Positions 25,463 to 34,737 of a DNA stretch of 64,000 nucleotides are shown here, in pieces. Made by a program: the position numbers and the translations under genes. Each line of letters opens with the position of its first letter. Position 1 is the first letter of the stretch. Origin of the DNA: Macrostomum lignano (taxonomy: Eukaryota); assembly GCA_002269645.1 (NCBI GenBank), contig NIVC01000530.1:460448-524447 (forward strand). Reading direction: 5' to 3'. The notes under the pieces are model-generated. The model was not told where the DNA came from, did not search any database, and saw nothing but the letters and a program-made list of their open reading frames with translations.

Positions 25463-26083
25463 CTAGACTCTCCTGTTCTTTCTCCAGTTCACCCCTCTGC
25501 TGGTTGCCATTTTCTTCTTAACTGATTTACCAACAGCGGAAAGCGGAACATTAAGCTTTTTCTGCTGCAGAAAATCGATGAACTCGTTCCACCCAACTGG
25601 TTCACGCTCACATGGCGAATCCCTCACTGTGTGCTGAATCAAGTCCAGTATGTTTGAGGAAGGGATTGACGTGCCTGCGATTTCCACCTCCCCGTTTTCA
25701 CAAACTCGAATCAGCTCTGGATTGGTGGACAGGATCGTCCACAGACTGCGAGCCCTGGTTTTGAATTTCTGTGGCACCGACTTGCTGATCTTCTCTTCCC
25801 AGGTGCTTATCTGGGGTGTCTCTGTTTTCATCAACTTGGCTTCAGTATTGCGTGCTCCTTCTTTTCCAGCGTGCTTGCGCTTGGCCAGCAAACTTTGCAT
25901 TGCACTTTGGTACATGGCGGTTTTCACATCTTCTGGACAATCCTCGGCATACAAGATGTCATCGCATTTCTTCTGAGCCTGCTTCAAGTCAGCTTCAGTG
26001 GTAGTCTCATTTGGCTTCAAATTCTGCATCAACATCTCATACTCTGCTTTAGGAATCAGAACCATTTCTGAAAATTTGTTCAT
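25463..26083 (-). CDS. Conserved Polinton protein of unknown function (PZ-like), 206 aa
   Basis: MVLIP...D.K...YQ..M..LL; VP......A..L...L; G......IPSSNILDL; P.GW.EF...L....VP.S pattern, and position downstream of the ATPase. The PZ name is tentative. Confidence 0.7.
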   Translation of the reverse strand: MNKFSEMVLIPKAEYEMLMQNLKPNETTTEADLKQAQKKCDDILYAEDCPEDVKTAMYQSAMQSLLAKRKHAGKEGARNTEAKLMKTETPQISTWEEKISKSVPQKFKTRARSLWTILSTNPELIRVCENGEVEIAGTSIPSSNILDLIQHTVRDSPCEREPVGWNEFIDFLQQKKLNVPLSAVGKSVKKKMATSRGVNWRKNRRV

Positions 26084-26327
26084 TTTGCTTCTTCTTCTTT
26101 ACCAGCTTAAGCAGAATCGGGAGTATTTTGATGAAGCCAGCCTTCAACAAGTCTGTCTTTCTTCTTTTGTGAGTAATTTTTCGAATTATCTCTTTTGACT
26201 TTGCAAGAACAGCTTTTTCATCGAGCGAAAACGATAGATTGTTTTGTAAGAGATTATGGCAGGCCTCGACAAGAAAATAACGCACTTCTTTTGGACAATT
26301 TTTTATCAACAGCCGCTTGAAGCGCAC
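26049..26327 (-). CDS. Small basic conserved Polinton protein (PW-like), ~90 aa
   Basis: LVEACHNLLQNNLSFS...L.K.K..IRKI...RRK.DLLKAGFIKILPILL resembles the small Maverick protein ending in GGF-L-P-LL. The PW name is tentative. Confidence 0.6.
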   Translation of the reverse strand: MRFKRLLIKNCPKEVRYFLVEACHNLLQNNLSFSLDEKAVLAKSKEIIRKITHKRRKTDLLKAGFIKILPILLKLVKKKKQNEQIFRNGSDS

Positions 26328-26427
26328 GGTATATTTAGGTGACGCAAGAACCGCAAAAAACTTGCATATGAATCAAGCACTTCCATTGCGATGAAAACAA
26401 TAGCTGATAAAAACAAGCTTCACTTTC

Positions 26428-27106
26428 TTAAGCAAATACAAGATGGGGTCGCTGGTTGGGCAGAATTCTGGCCCGCACTCGCAGCTCATCGGGAGTTGAT
26501 GGTGAAAGTCTAGGAACAGGTAGGCTCCCCTGCCCTGCGCGGTCACGTGCTTGAACACTGACAGCAGAAAGCCGGGCTTCTCTGTAAAGCACTGCCTGCC
26601 CAGTGCTGCAATCTGCAGCTGGTCTCGGGGTTTTTCAAGATAGCTAAGTACATTACATTCAAGCTCATTGTTCGCGACTCTTTTCCCTTGAAAAATATAT
26701 TCTGAGTCAGCATCACCAAAAAGCACGGCAAGTGATGTGCGATTCCTGTGAAAAAATTTCGCATTGAAGCAGAGTTTGAAGTTTCCTCTATTAAGTCATC
26801 GAAAACAACCAGGTCATTGGGCCTAAGTGCTGCCTCGATGTTGGTGGGAAATCCCTGGCGCAGCTGCACACCTAGGCTGTTCAGTTCTGCATGGCCTGCC
26901 TGTGAGATCCCATAGTACCACAGAACTCTGCCAGGCTTCACATCAAACATGACGTCTCTGTACTGGATCAGGTGTTCGACAAAGGTTGTTTTTCCTGCAT
27001 TGGTGGGCCCGCAGACAATCATGCAGCTTCCCTGCCTGAGGCGGATATCGTAGCAAACTTGCTTTTCTCCCATGTTTAATGCATAAATATTAGAAATCAC
27101 GGACAT
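26428..27106 (-). CDS. Genome-packaging ATPase (A32/FtsK-HerA family), with two apparent 1-nt deletions
   Basis: Walker A GPTNAGKT, Walker B VVFDD, HH...LTQN, KN(P)RD..Q...LGRQ, YLFLDFH; the repaired C-terminus reads TPDELRVRARILPNQRPHLVFA*. Confidence 0.93.
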
Positions 27107-27145
27107 CTTTTTCTTAAGTTGGCTTCAAACCTCTGTAAGATTCTA

Positions 27146-27607
27146 TCATTCAAATGATTTTTCATTAGCATGCAAATGCTTCAAAATCCCCTCAAATGAC
27201 CGATTGAACAGAAACTTTTGATAAGCAAAATAGATGCAAAACATTCCGCATTTATTAGAGTTAGCACATTGAACTCTGTTTATATTGCTTCGGAGCCAAA
27301 AGCCAGTTGTTTTAATCTCTCGAAACAAATTATAAACCAAAGATAAAATTTCAGGTTCCCAGCCGAGGGAGTTGAACAACTCAATGCGATTTCCTTGCCC
27401 AACATAGCACACCACCCAGTGACCAAATGAGCCATTGTGCTGAAGTAGGACAAAAACAAACTTGTTTTCAAAGGAAATTGATGATCTAAATTTTCTTTTT
27501 ACATTCAAGGGCAGAGAATTTTTATAGCGCAAATGTAAAGTAACTATGAGAAATTTTTGGTAAGGCAAAAATTTTCTGGCGAGATTAAGTAGTTGAATTG
27601 CATCCAT
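27146..27607 (-). CDS. Adenain/Ulp1-like cysteine protease (PRO), ~153 aa
   Basis: GHWV, IELFNSLG, VQ...KCGMFC; located directly downstream of MCP. Confidence 0.88.
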   Translation of the reverse strand: MDAIQLLNLARKFLPYQKFLIVTLHLRYKNSLPLNVKRKFRSSISFENKFVFVLLQHNGSFGHWVVCYVGQGNRIELFNSLGWEPEILSLVYNLFREIKTTGFWLRSNINRVQCANSNKCGMFCIYFAYQKFLFNRSFEGILKHLHANEKSFE

Positions 27608-27608
27608 G

Positions 27609-28886
27609 TCAATTAAGAGGAATAGTCCAGCAAAAGCTCTCGTGCTTGGTGACCTCAATCAGCGAGTCATACAGGCACATAGCAATCAGGGACACCGCTT
27701 CATTCAGAGCCTGTTGGAAGCGAATCTCCAGCCGCAGGTTGCCCTCCTTCTGTCCGTACCACAGAGCCGCTCCCTCGGGTGTGAGATCGAATGCAAACAC
27801 CGTGGTGTTGTTGGAGAAGAGCTGGTAGGGGATCCACGGACCGAGTTTGTGTGGCTTGCAGATTGACAGCTTTTCAGGTAGTGCAAGTATTCTCTTACAA
27901 GGAATTGTTTTCAGGTGTGAAGGCGCCGTGGCACACGGTTTCCCCACCTTTCTTTAGAGCCAATCGGCTAAGGTTGAAGCTCTGGAACTGGAACGGGCTC
28001 GCGTGATGATGACCGTTGAATGCTCGGTGGCTCACGAAGGCCAGCATGATGAACTTCGGCAATTTTCCATGAGTGAATCCTTCAATGTTTTTGACTGAAT
28101 ACCCTGGGTAGGATGAAGTTCTGCATTTCAGTTCGCTCGATGGGATACAGTGCATTTTGGTTTGTCAGCCCCTGCTCATGGGCCAGGCTGATGTGGGGCA
28201 TCACTTTGACTCGGCGAAGATGCAGAATGCTGTGAGAGATTTCCATTCGGTATGCCGCGTTGTTTGCATTCGGGGTTCTGATGGCAAAGGCCCCATCGCT
28301 GGGGACCAGTTTGATGTGCAGGTGCAGATTGCTTAGCAGAAACACTGGGCACTGGAAAACATCGCTGAAGAGCGGCCCCGCATACTCCATCCATTGGGAT
28401 TCCCTGTGGCTCTCCGTGTGCTCTTCAGCTGCCGAGTTCGGCTCCAGGAAGCCAGCAGGGTAAAGTTTTAGTTGCTGGGCATCGGATGAGCTCATTAGTG
28501 CTTTGAAGTACGCATGGTAGGGATAGAGCTGGTCTCCACCAGACACCACTCGCTGGTTAATGCTCACATTACATCTGAGAAGGCTGTAGACAGAACAAAA
28601 TTTTCTGGGTGCACGTCACTGTCTCTGCGCTCGGTGATGATGCCATCTCCATCTCGAACATCCTCCTCAGCAAACCCCCATCCAGTCTCACAAGGCGGCA
28701 GCGAATATAAAGAAAAGAATTAAGCAGATCTGTATTCATCGGCAGATTGTGGCAGTCAAATTCAATGGGAGAGTTTGCAACAATGGAATTAACTGGGTGA
28801 ATATCAACATAAGTAGCTTTTTCAATGCAGGTTTGTAGAACGGGCGTCTTAAATAAATCAAGTCTGGGATTGAATCCGTAAGCCAT
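27609..28886 (-). CDS. Double jelly-roll major capsid protein (PY), in several frameshifted pieces
   Basis: LDLF.TP.LQT.IE...YVDIHP...PIEF; YPYHAYF..L; GPLFSDVF; Y.MEI....L.LRRVK; GKLPK..ML.FV...AFNG....PF.F; FAFDLTP...GNLRLEIRF...YDS.IE. Confidence 0.92.
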
Positions 28887-28914
28887 GTCTATGACAGAGA
28901 GTCGAGCACGCGTT

Positions 28915-29264
28915 TCACAGTTTTCTTTGCTGACTTTTGCTTTCGCTTTCCTCCGCCTGCTCTATTCTTCTTTGCTTTCGTCTTCCTATTCTTAAGCTTT
29001 TTCCCACTAGCCTTGCTCGACCTCTTACTGCGATTTCCACCAGTTGCCTTTCGGGTGCCCTTCTTTTCTTCAATCGTTTCGGACTTGCTTCAGTATTTCT
29101 TTTGCGCCTGACGTTGCTAAGCGTCGAGGCTGATGATGATGATATAGCCGCTGGCGGAGGCTGGTATGTCATGATCCCTGGGAAGCTCCCACAGCCATAG
29201 AGTGCAGGCTTTTCGTGTCCTGTCCTCACCCCGAATATTGCTGGATTAGCTGCTGGTAGTTCAT
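28915..29264 (-). CDS. Arg/Lys-rich small protein (candidate core/DNA-condensing protein); 1-nt deletion at ~29230
   Basis: Repaired ORF MNYQQLIQQYSGVRTGHEKPALYGCGSF...RRKRN...KRLKKRR...RRKQRR; its ATG overlaps the repaired mCP stop (ATGA). Confidence 0.6.
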
Positions 29265-30076
29265 TGAATGCGTTTCTCCTGAATTTGAACTGTAAGCAGA
29301 ACAGGGCTGTGAGTCTGTGCAATCAGTGGGCAACCATAGATGTCCGCAGCTGAACTCGAATGCTGTGAAGAAGACTGATTCGTTGAATCGGGAAGAATAT
29401 TGTTTTCTTAAATATTTTTGTTTGATAGTTGCCCCATTCAATGCCAGCTTTCATTCCAACTGTTCTCAACAAGGAGCTCCAGTTGCAATTAGTTGACTCA
29501 ACGATACTGCAGTGCACATTGATTAAGCTGGTGCGCGGGCAGCCAATGCAATGCTCGGATACGCGGCTCCCTGGCTGGATTTTCACAGCCTGGTTTCCAA
29601 ATCCCAGCCAATGCAGAATTTTACTAGATGGAAGAAACAGCTCTGCTCTCGCAGTGTTGTTGTGCACCACAGTTCGTGAGTTGCGGATTTCGAACTTCAT
29701 ACCAAATTCCCTGTTGCCACTACGCCCCATCAGGCCGGACTCATCAGCCTCCATCTCAGACTCCCTGTCACTCATTGCATCAAAGAACAGCGAATCAGAG
29801 TTGGCCAGCAGCTCATTCAGGCGCCACCAGCTCCTCCACTCTAGCAAAGCGTCCGGGTTGAAGAACCAGGGCCTCATGCTCTCTTCCATCTGAGACAGTG
29901 AAGCAGTAAGGCTCGTCAACATTGAACCATGCAGCAGGCAGATGGATTTCAGCCAGACCTGCCTCATAGTCCACATTTCGATCCAAGTAAATAGGTGAAG
30001 GCAGGTAAAAATTAAAGTCACTAGGAGTACCTTCAGCATGCTCACTGTTAATCAAAATAGTTCGCATTATAATCAT
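29261..30076 (-). CDS. Minor capsid/penton protein (PX), frameshifted
   Basis: T.SDF...LP.PI.L....YEAGLAEIHLP..WFNV; L..WLGF; I.VHCSIVE; LLRTV; F.PI......I.V.LRT. Confidence 0.85.
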
Positions 30077-30115
30077 AAACTACATGATGAGGGCTGTGCC
30101 AAAGCTAAACCTTTC

Positions 30116-31172
30116 TTAAGTCTTTTCATCCACCCAGCCAGTCGAGTCGTAGCCCGCCCATTTCACCAGATAGCGAATTTTTCCCTTCCGCTTCTCCGTT
30201 TTCAGGATCTTCTCAATCACATACAGCCGCTGTGAGTCCGGGACAGCCTGCAGCTCGTGCTCATGGAAGAGTCCTCGAATCTCTTGCCCCCGCATGTCTT
30301 TAATCTTGTACATGTAGGGATAATGTTTTGGGGCTCTGCTCACCACGGTGTACACTTCCTCACTCCAGCTCGCTTTGTATCCCTTTTTGAATATCCGTGG
30401 AGCATTGGAAATTCTCACTGACTGGTTTTCAGCGAACTTAGGCTTCTTTAATTTTTCTAGAGTCTCGACTGCTTTTCCATCGTACAGGTTCATCCACACT
30501 TCAGATTCATTCTCTTTGCAGACACTAGTGGGTGCCATTTTGATGCTTCTGTGGTAGGTATTGTTGTAGGATTTTACCAGCTTAGGCAGCACATCAAGCC
30601 AGTGCAGTGTGCTCTTGTAGGTGAAGTAGCGCCACATTCTACTTTTCAGAGTTCGATTCCATCGCTCAATGACAGCTGCCTTCTGCTCGCTGTTAGTTGG
30701 GAAAGCCAGAATCCCTCTGTCAATGCAGTATTGACGGAAAGTGGAGTTGATAAATTCCTTCCCCTGATCTGTGCGAACTGTGCGTGGCTGGCGCTTTGAA
30801 CTTCTCAGTATGCTCTCGAATGCTGACTTCACTTCTGCAGCAGATTTTTTTTCAGTGCCTTGGCCCAAGCACATTTTGAGAGCACGTCAATGCATGTGGA
30901 ATATATTTGTAGCCTTTATTATGCTTTGCGAATGGAATCATTTCCACTAAGTCAAGTTCCCACTGATCATCGATTGCGCGCACTATGATTGGGGCCCTTG
31001 GATATCGCCTCCTAGCTGGCTTGTGCAGAGTGTGCACTGGCTGCTCGCTGAGCCACTGCTCAATGCTCTTTGCAGATATTCGATCACCTCTTTGCCTCAC
31101 TTCATGCAGCAACTTTGAGGCACAAGAAAAACTAGCCGGTTGCTCAGGTTTCAAATAAATTTTCTCCATCAT
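30116..31172 (-). CDS. Retroviral-type (c-)integrase with C-terminal chromodomain; apparent deletions at ~30850 and ~30895
   Basis: IY..P..PASF; TLHKPARRRYPR; DQWELDL (D), RTDQGKEF (D), IERWNRTLK (E); YVIEKIL...RYLVKWAGY. Confidence 0.95.
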
Positions 31173-31523
31173 GGTTTATCAAGATACGTGCCTATCCACC
31201 TGCTCTAGCTGTACAGTATTTTTTCTTAAGTAGAAATTTATATTCCAATTAAATGATAGAGAAACGAGTGGCAAATTAATTTATTACTGTCAGATTGAAA
31301 CCTCTAACATCGTAACAGTCGGTGTATTTTCCGAAAGCAAACAATCCATAAAAACGAACACTAAAACACTCGCACACCAGCATTTCAGAAATAGCAGAGA
31401 TAAAAAACAGCATAGTGCCGTCAGGCTGGATAATCATGTGCAAGCTAAAAGTAATTTAGTTAGTCCAATGCATTCAAAGCATTCTAGCTGTTCAGTTATC
31501 AAAGCGAACATTGGGCTGCAGCC

Positions 31524-32267
31524 TCATCGCGTCCTGCCGACGAAGTTGAAATGGCAGCTTTCGCTTCTGCTGCTGCTGCTCACCGTCGAAGCCGCTGCAT
31601 GCGCCCTGAACTGATACCACACCGGATCTTCCTCAAGGTTGGTGTCCCGCTGCGGAAGCAGTCCAGCATCAGAATCAACCGAAGGTATCGGTGTGGATGT
31701 GATTGGCTCAGTCACAATGCGCGGCCTTGTGGGCGAGCTAACGTCCTCGTCATCAGCATGATCTCCGCCCTCATCAGTCTCCATTATGGGCTTCGTGTCC
31801 TGGTCAGCCTCCAACTTGAGCTTCTTGTCCTCTTCCTCCTCTTCCTCATCAGACTCCAGCTCGTACTGCATTGTGTTCCTCAAGGGAGCCACCAGCTGAC
31901 CGTCGATCCAGGAGGCGATTTTCCAGAGCTTCTGCCACAGCGGCGGAGTCAGTGGTACGGCGTTTCGTCTCAAAAACTCCTCGCAGCAATCTTCCGGCAG
32001 CCGTTTGAGCCAAATGATGCCGCCTTTGACTTCCACAAACTTATCGAAGCCGAGTTTCACGACCTTGGGCTCGTTGTTGCGTGCAGAAATCACAAGTGAG
32101 CGTTTCACCTCCTTCAATTTCTTCCATTGGTGAACATTCAGGTTGAATCCTGGGACGCCTGGCTTCAGACTTGCCGTGCTGCCGTGTCGGTAAAATTTGC
32201 GAATAGCGATAAATTTTTGTCCTTCAAACTCCTGGACTTGTGCCTTATAGCCTTCACAGATGTCCAT
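31524..32267 (-). CDS. Tandem PC4 (Sub1/p15) domain protein with acidic tail, 247 aa
   Basis: YKAQVQEFEGQKFIAIRKFY...LKPGVPGFNLNVHQWKKLKE matches PC4 [20 protein letters not shown]...KPGRKGISLNPEQWSQLKE. A weaker second copy reads FDKFVEVKGGIIWLKR...NAVPLTPPLWQKL. Confidence 0.8.
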   Translation of the reverse strand: MDICEGYKAQVQEFEGQKFIAIRKFYRHGSTASLKPGVPGFNLNVHQWKKLKEVKRSLVISARNNEPKVVKLGFDKFVEVKGGIIWLKRLPEDCCEEFLRRNAVPLTPPLWQKLWKIASWIDGQLVAPLRNTMQYELESDEEEEEEDKKLKLEADQDTKPIMETDEGGDHADDEDVSSPTRPRIVTEPITSTPIPSVDSDAGLLPQRDTNLEEDPVWYQFRAHAAASTVSSSSRSESCHFNFVGRTR

Positions 32268-32370
32268 TTTCCTTTCGCAATTGAAAACTCACAAAAGTTA
32301 AAAGCTGAGGAAAATTTCGGATGAAATTTTGGATTTGAAAATTGAGAATTCTTTCTTGTCAATTTCGGGG

Positions 32371-32378
32371 CTTATATA
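32371..32378 (-). promoter_or_regulatory. TATA box (TATATAAG) with CCAAT ~50 bp upstream, before the PC4 gene
   Basis: ~104 bp before ATG 32267; CCAAT on the minus strand at ~32426-32430. Confidence 0.55.
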
Positions 32379-32487
32379 CCCTCGACCGAACCACCCCAAA
32401 CCACCCATCCCACTCCGGGCTCTGTGATTGGCTCTTTCGCAAACATTATTTCCATAGATTACACATATCTCTGCATTAATGCATACT

Positions 32488-32705
32488 CTTATCTCTGCAG
32501 TGTTAACCACCCCCAATGCAAAGAGATAGGCCGCCTCTCCTCCTATCTCTGCAGTGTTAACCACCCCCAATGCAAAGAGATAGGCCGCCTCTCCTCCTAT
32601 CTCTGCAGTGTTAACCACCCCCAATGCAAAGAGATAGGCCGCCTCTCCTCCTATCTCTGCAGTGTTAACCATCTCCAGTGTAAAGAAATAGGCCGCCTCT
32701 TCTCC
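32488..32705. repeat. 54-bp subterminal tandem repeat (~4 copies) related to the TIR 47-bp unit
   Basis: Shares ATCTCTGCAGTG...CCCCAATGCA.AGAGATAG with the TIR unit. Confidence 0.85.
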
Positions 32706-32723
32706 TATCACTCCTGTGTTAAG

Positions 32724-33065
32724 CAGAGATAGAGCTCATATCTCTGCAGTGCTTAGCCGTCCCAATGCACAGAGATAGAGCTCATATCTCTGCAGTGCTT
32801 AGCCGTCCCCAATGCACAGAGATAGAGCTCATATCTCTGCAGTGCTTAGCCGTCCCCAATGCACAGAGATAGAGCTCATATCTCTGCAGTGCTTAGCCGT
32901 CCCCAATGCACAGAGATAGAGCTCATATCTCTGCAGTGCTTAGCCGTCCCCAATGCACAGAGATAGGGCTCATATCTCCGCAGTGTATTTTTCCCTATAC
33001 ATTTGCATTGCCGCCTATCTCGCCAGTGCTAGTGCGGCAGTATCATAATTCGCCCTACTACTACT
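32724..33065 (-). repeat. Right TIR
   Basis: Ends ...CGCCCTACTACTACT, followed by TSD CAAGCT. Confidence 0.95.
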
Positions 33066-33083
33066 CAAGCTCATTATCCTCAC

Positions 33084-33708
33084 TGTTCAGCCTCAAAAGG
33101 ATCGCTTACTGCTGTGAGCAATCATAGAATAAGTGGATATGCAAATCCCTGCGCTACCCGGTCGCTCTTTAGACTCGCTGGTGAATCGACATATCTGAGA
33201 ATCTTCGATAGTCGACCAGAGCCGGAACTGGCTGCGCCATTGTTCAACGGCTACGCCGGAAGTGCACAGCACCAGGCATCGCTTACGCACAGTGCAAGCG
33301 GCCGTAACGCCTACTAAAGTTTACCAGCTCCGCATGGCAGCACAATGACACCGCTGCGAGCTCTGCCATTGCCGAACATCTTATGCAACGATCTCTCCTG
33401 ATACGGCCGCAGTGTAGTTAGCGGCTTCAAATCTATAGACAGATTCGGATTCTTCGTATCCTGACGGAAGTCGTACGGCCATCAGAGGATAATCCAGTTC
33501 AGTGCAGCGCTTCTGCAGCACTTCAATCATGCTCTGTTGCACTTCTAGAGATACTCGGCTGGCCGATGCGGCCAAGTCCTCCGCGGTGGCGTCCTCTCGT
33601 CCAGCCGATCGTATAGGTCAAGGATGTCGCTAGAGTGTCGGTTGTCGATGCGGCGGCGGCGGCTGAGTCAGCCTGCTGTTCAGCCGCTGCGGCTGGCACA
33701 GTGCGGCC
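33084..33708 (-). CDS. ERCC3: XPB/ERCC3 upstream exon (helicase motif I region) with several small indels
   Basis: [12 protein letters not shown]...VS.EVQQ.MIE.LQKRC.ELDYPL; [29 protein letters not shown]; [23 protein letters not shown]; [11 protein letters not shown]. Donor GTGAG at 33083. Confidence 0.92.
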
Positions 33709-33915
33709 CTGTCAATCACATTTTCATGGTATTTATTTTATTTAGGCTTTTATAGTAACAAGCAATGGATAATAGCGCAGTTATATTTTGTATTCATATT
33801 GCTTCAGTGTCAAGGCAAATAGGATTTGGATAAATAATTTTTGTCCCTTGTTTATTGTGCGCCCTAGAGTCGTGTTGAAGGTAACACAGGTAAAATAGAA
33901 AAGAAGTGACTGCAC

Positions 33916-34110
33916 CAGGGGTCGGGCAAACTTTTTTATTTGAAGAATGGAAAAGGAACAGGAGGAAGAGGAGACGAGAGGAGAGGCAGCTGAGAAGAGA
34001 AAAAACCTTGAGCGGGCGGATTGCTATTGTGAGGTTTCAAAGAACCCGAGGGCCGGATAGAGAGGCTTTGCGGCTGCATATGGCTCGCGAGCCGGAACTT
34101 GCCGACCCTA
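33916..34110. mobile_element. Short hAT-type MITE remnant
   Basis: CAGGGGTCGGGCAAAC at left and CTTGCCGACCCTA at right, with internal GGGCCGGAT / GCATATGGCTCGCGAGCCG resembling hAT subterminal motifs; no TSD match. Confidence 0.45.
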
Positions 34111-34212
34111 AAACGACGGCTGCAACTCTGAAACGACTCTAAGGCATGCAACGCAAGTGACTCTGGTGCCGTAGAGTCGTACACTGAGGCGTGCTAACAG
34201 TAGAGTTCAGTC

Positions 34213-34737
34213 NNNNNNNNNNNNNNNNNNNNNNNNNNNNNNNNNNNNNNNNNNNNNNNNNNNNNNNNNNNNNNNNNNNNNNNNNNNNNNNNNNNNNNNN
34301 NNNNNNNNNNNNNNNNNNNNNNNNNNNNNNNNNNNNNNNNNNNNNNNNNNNNNNNNNNNNNNNNNNNNNNNNNNNNNNNNNNNNNNNNNNNNNNNNNNNN
34401 NNNNNNNNNNNNNNNNNNNNNNNNNNNNNNNNNNNNNNNNNNNNNNNNNNNNNNNNNNNNNNNNNNNNNNNNNNNNNNNNNNNNNNNNNNNNNNNNNNNN
34501 NNNNNNNNNNNNNNNNNNNNNNNNNNNNNNNNNNNNNNNNNNNNNNNNNNNNNNNNNNNNNNNNNNNNNNNNNNNNNNNNNNNNNNNNNNNNNNNNNNNN
34601 NNNNNNNNNNNNNNNNNNNNNNNNNNNNNNNNNNNNNNNNNNNNNNNNNNNNNNNNNNNNNNNNNNNNNNNNNNNNNNNNNNNNNNNNNNNNNNNNNNNN
34701 NNNNNNNNNNNNNNNNNNNNNNNNNNNNNNNNNNNNN
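34213..34737. other. Assembly gap (525 N)
   Basis: Run of N. Confidence 1.

Larger units (their letters stand above)
16394..33065. mobile_element. Full-length Polinton/Maverick (adintovirus-like endogenous dsDNA virus), 16,672 bp
   Basis: AGTAGT... and ...ACTACT ends, ~340-bp TIRs, identical 6-bp TSD CAAGCT (16388-16393; 33066-33071), and pPolB, integrase, ATPase, protease, MCP and mCP genes. Confidence 0.97.

Noticed and set aside
16394-33065. Idea that the TBP/PC4-bearing element targeted the TFIIH gene XPB specifically
   Set aside because: A single insertion cannot show targeting; most likely coincidence.
33090-33100. Two in-frame TGA codons at the end of the XPB exon as selenocysteine or readthrough
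   Set aside because: Removing one T and restoring one G gives RSFEAEQ|VMSW, matching XPB; compensating indels are simpler.
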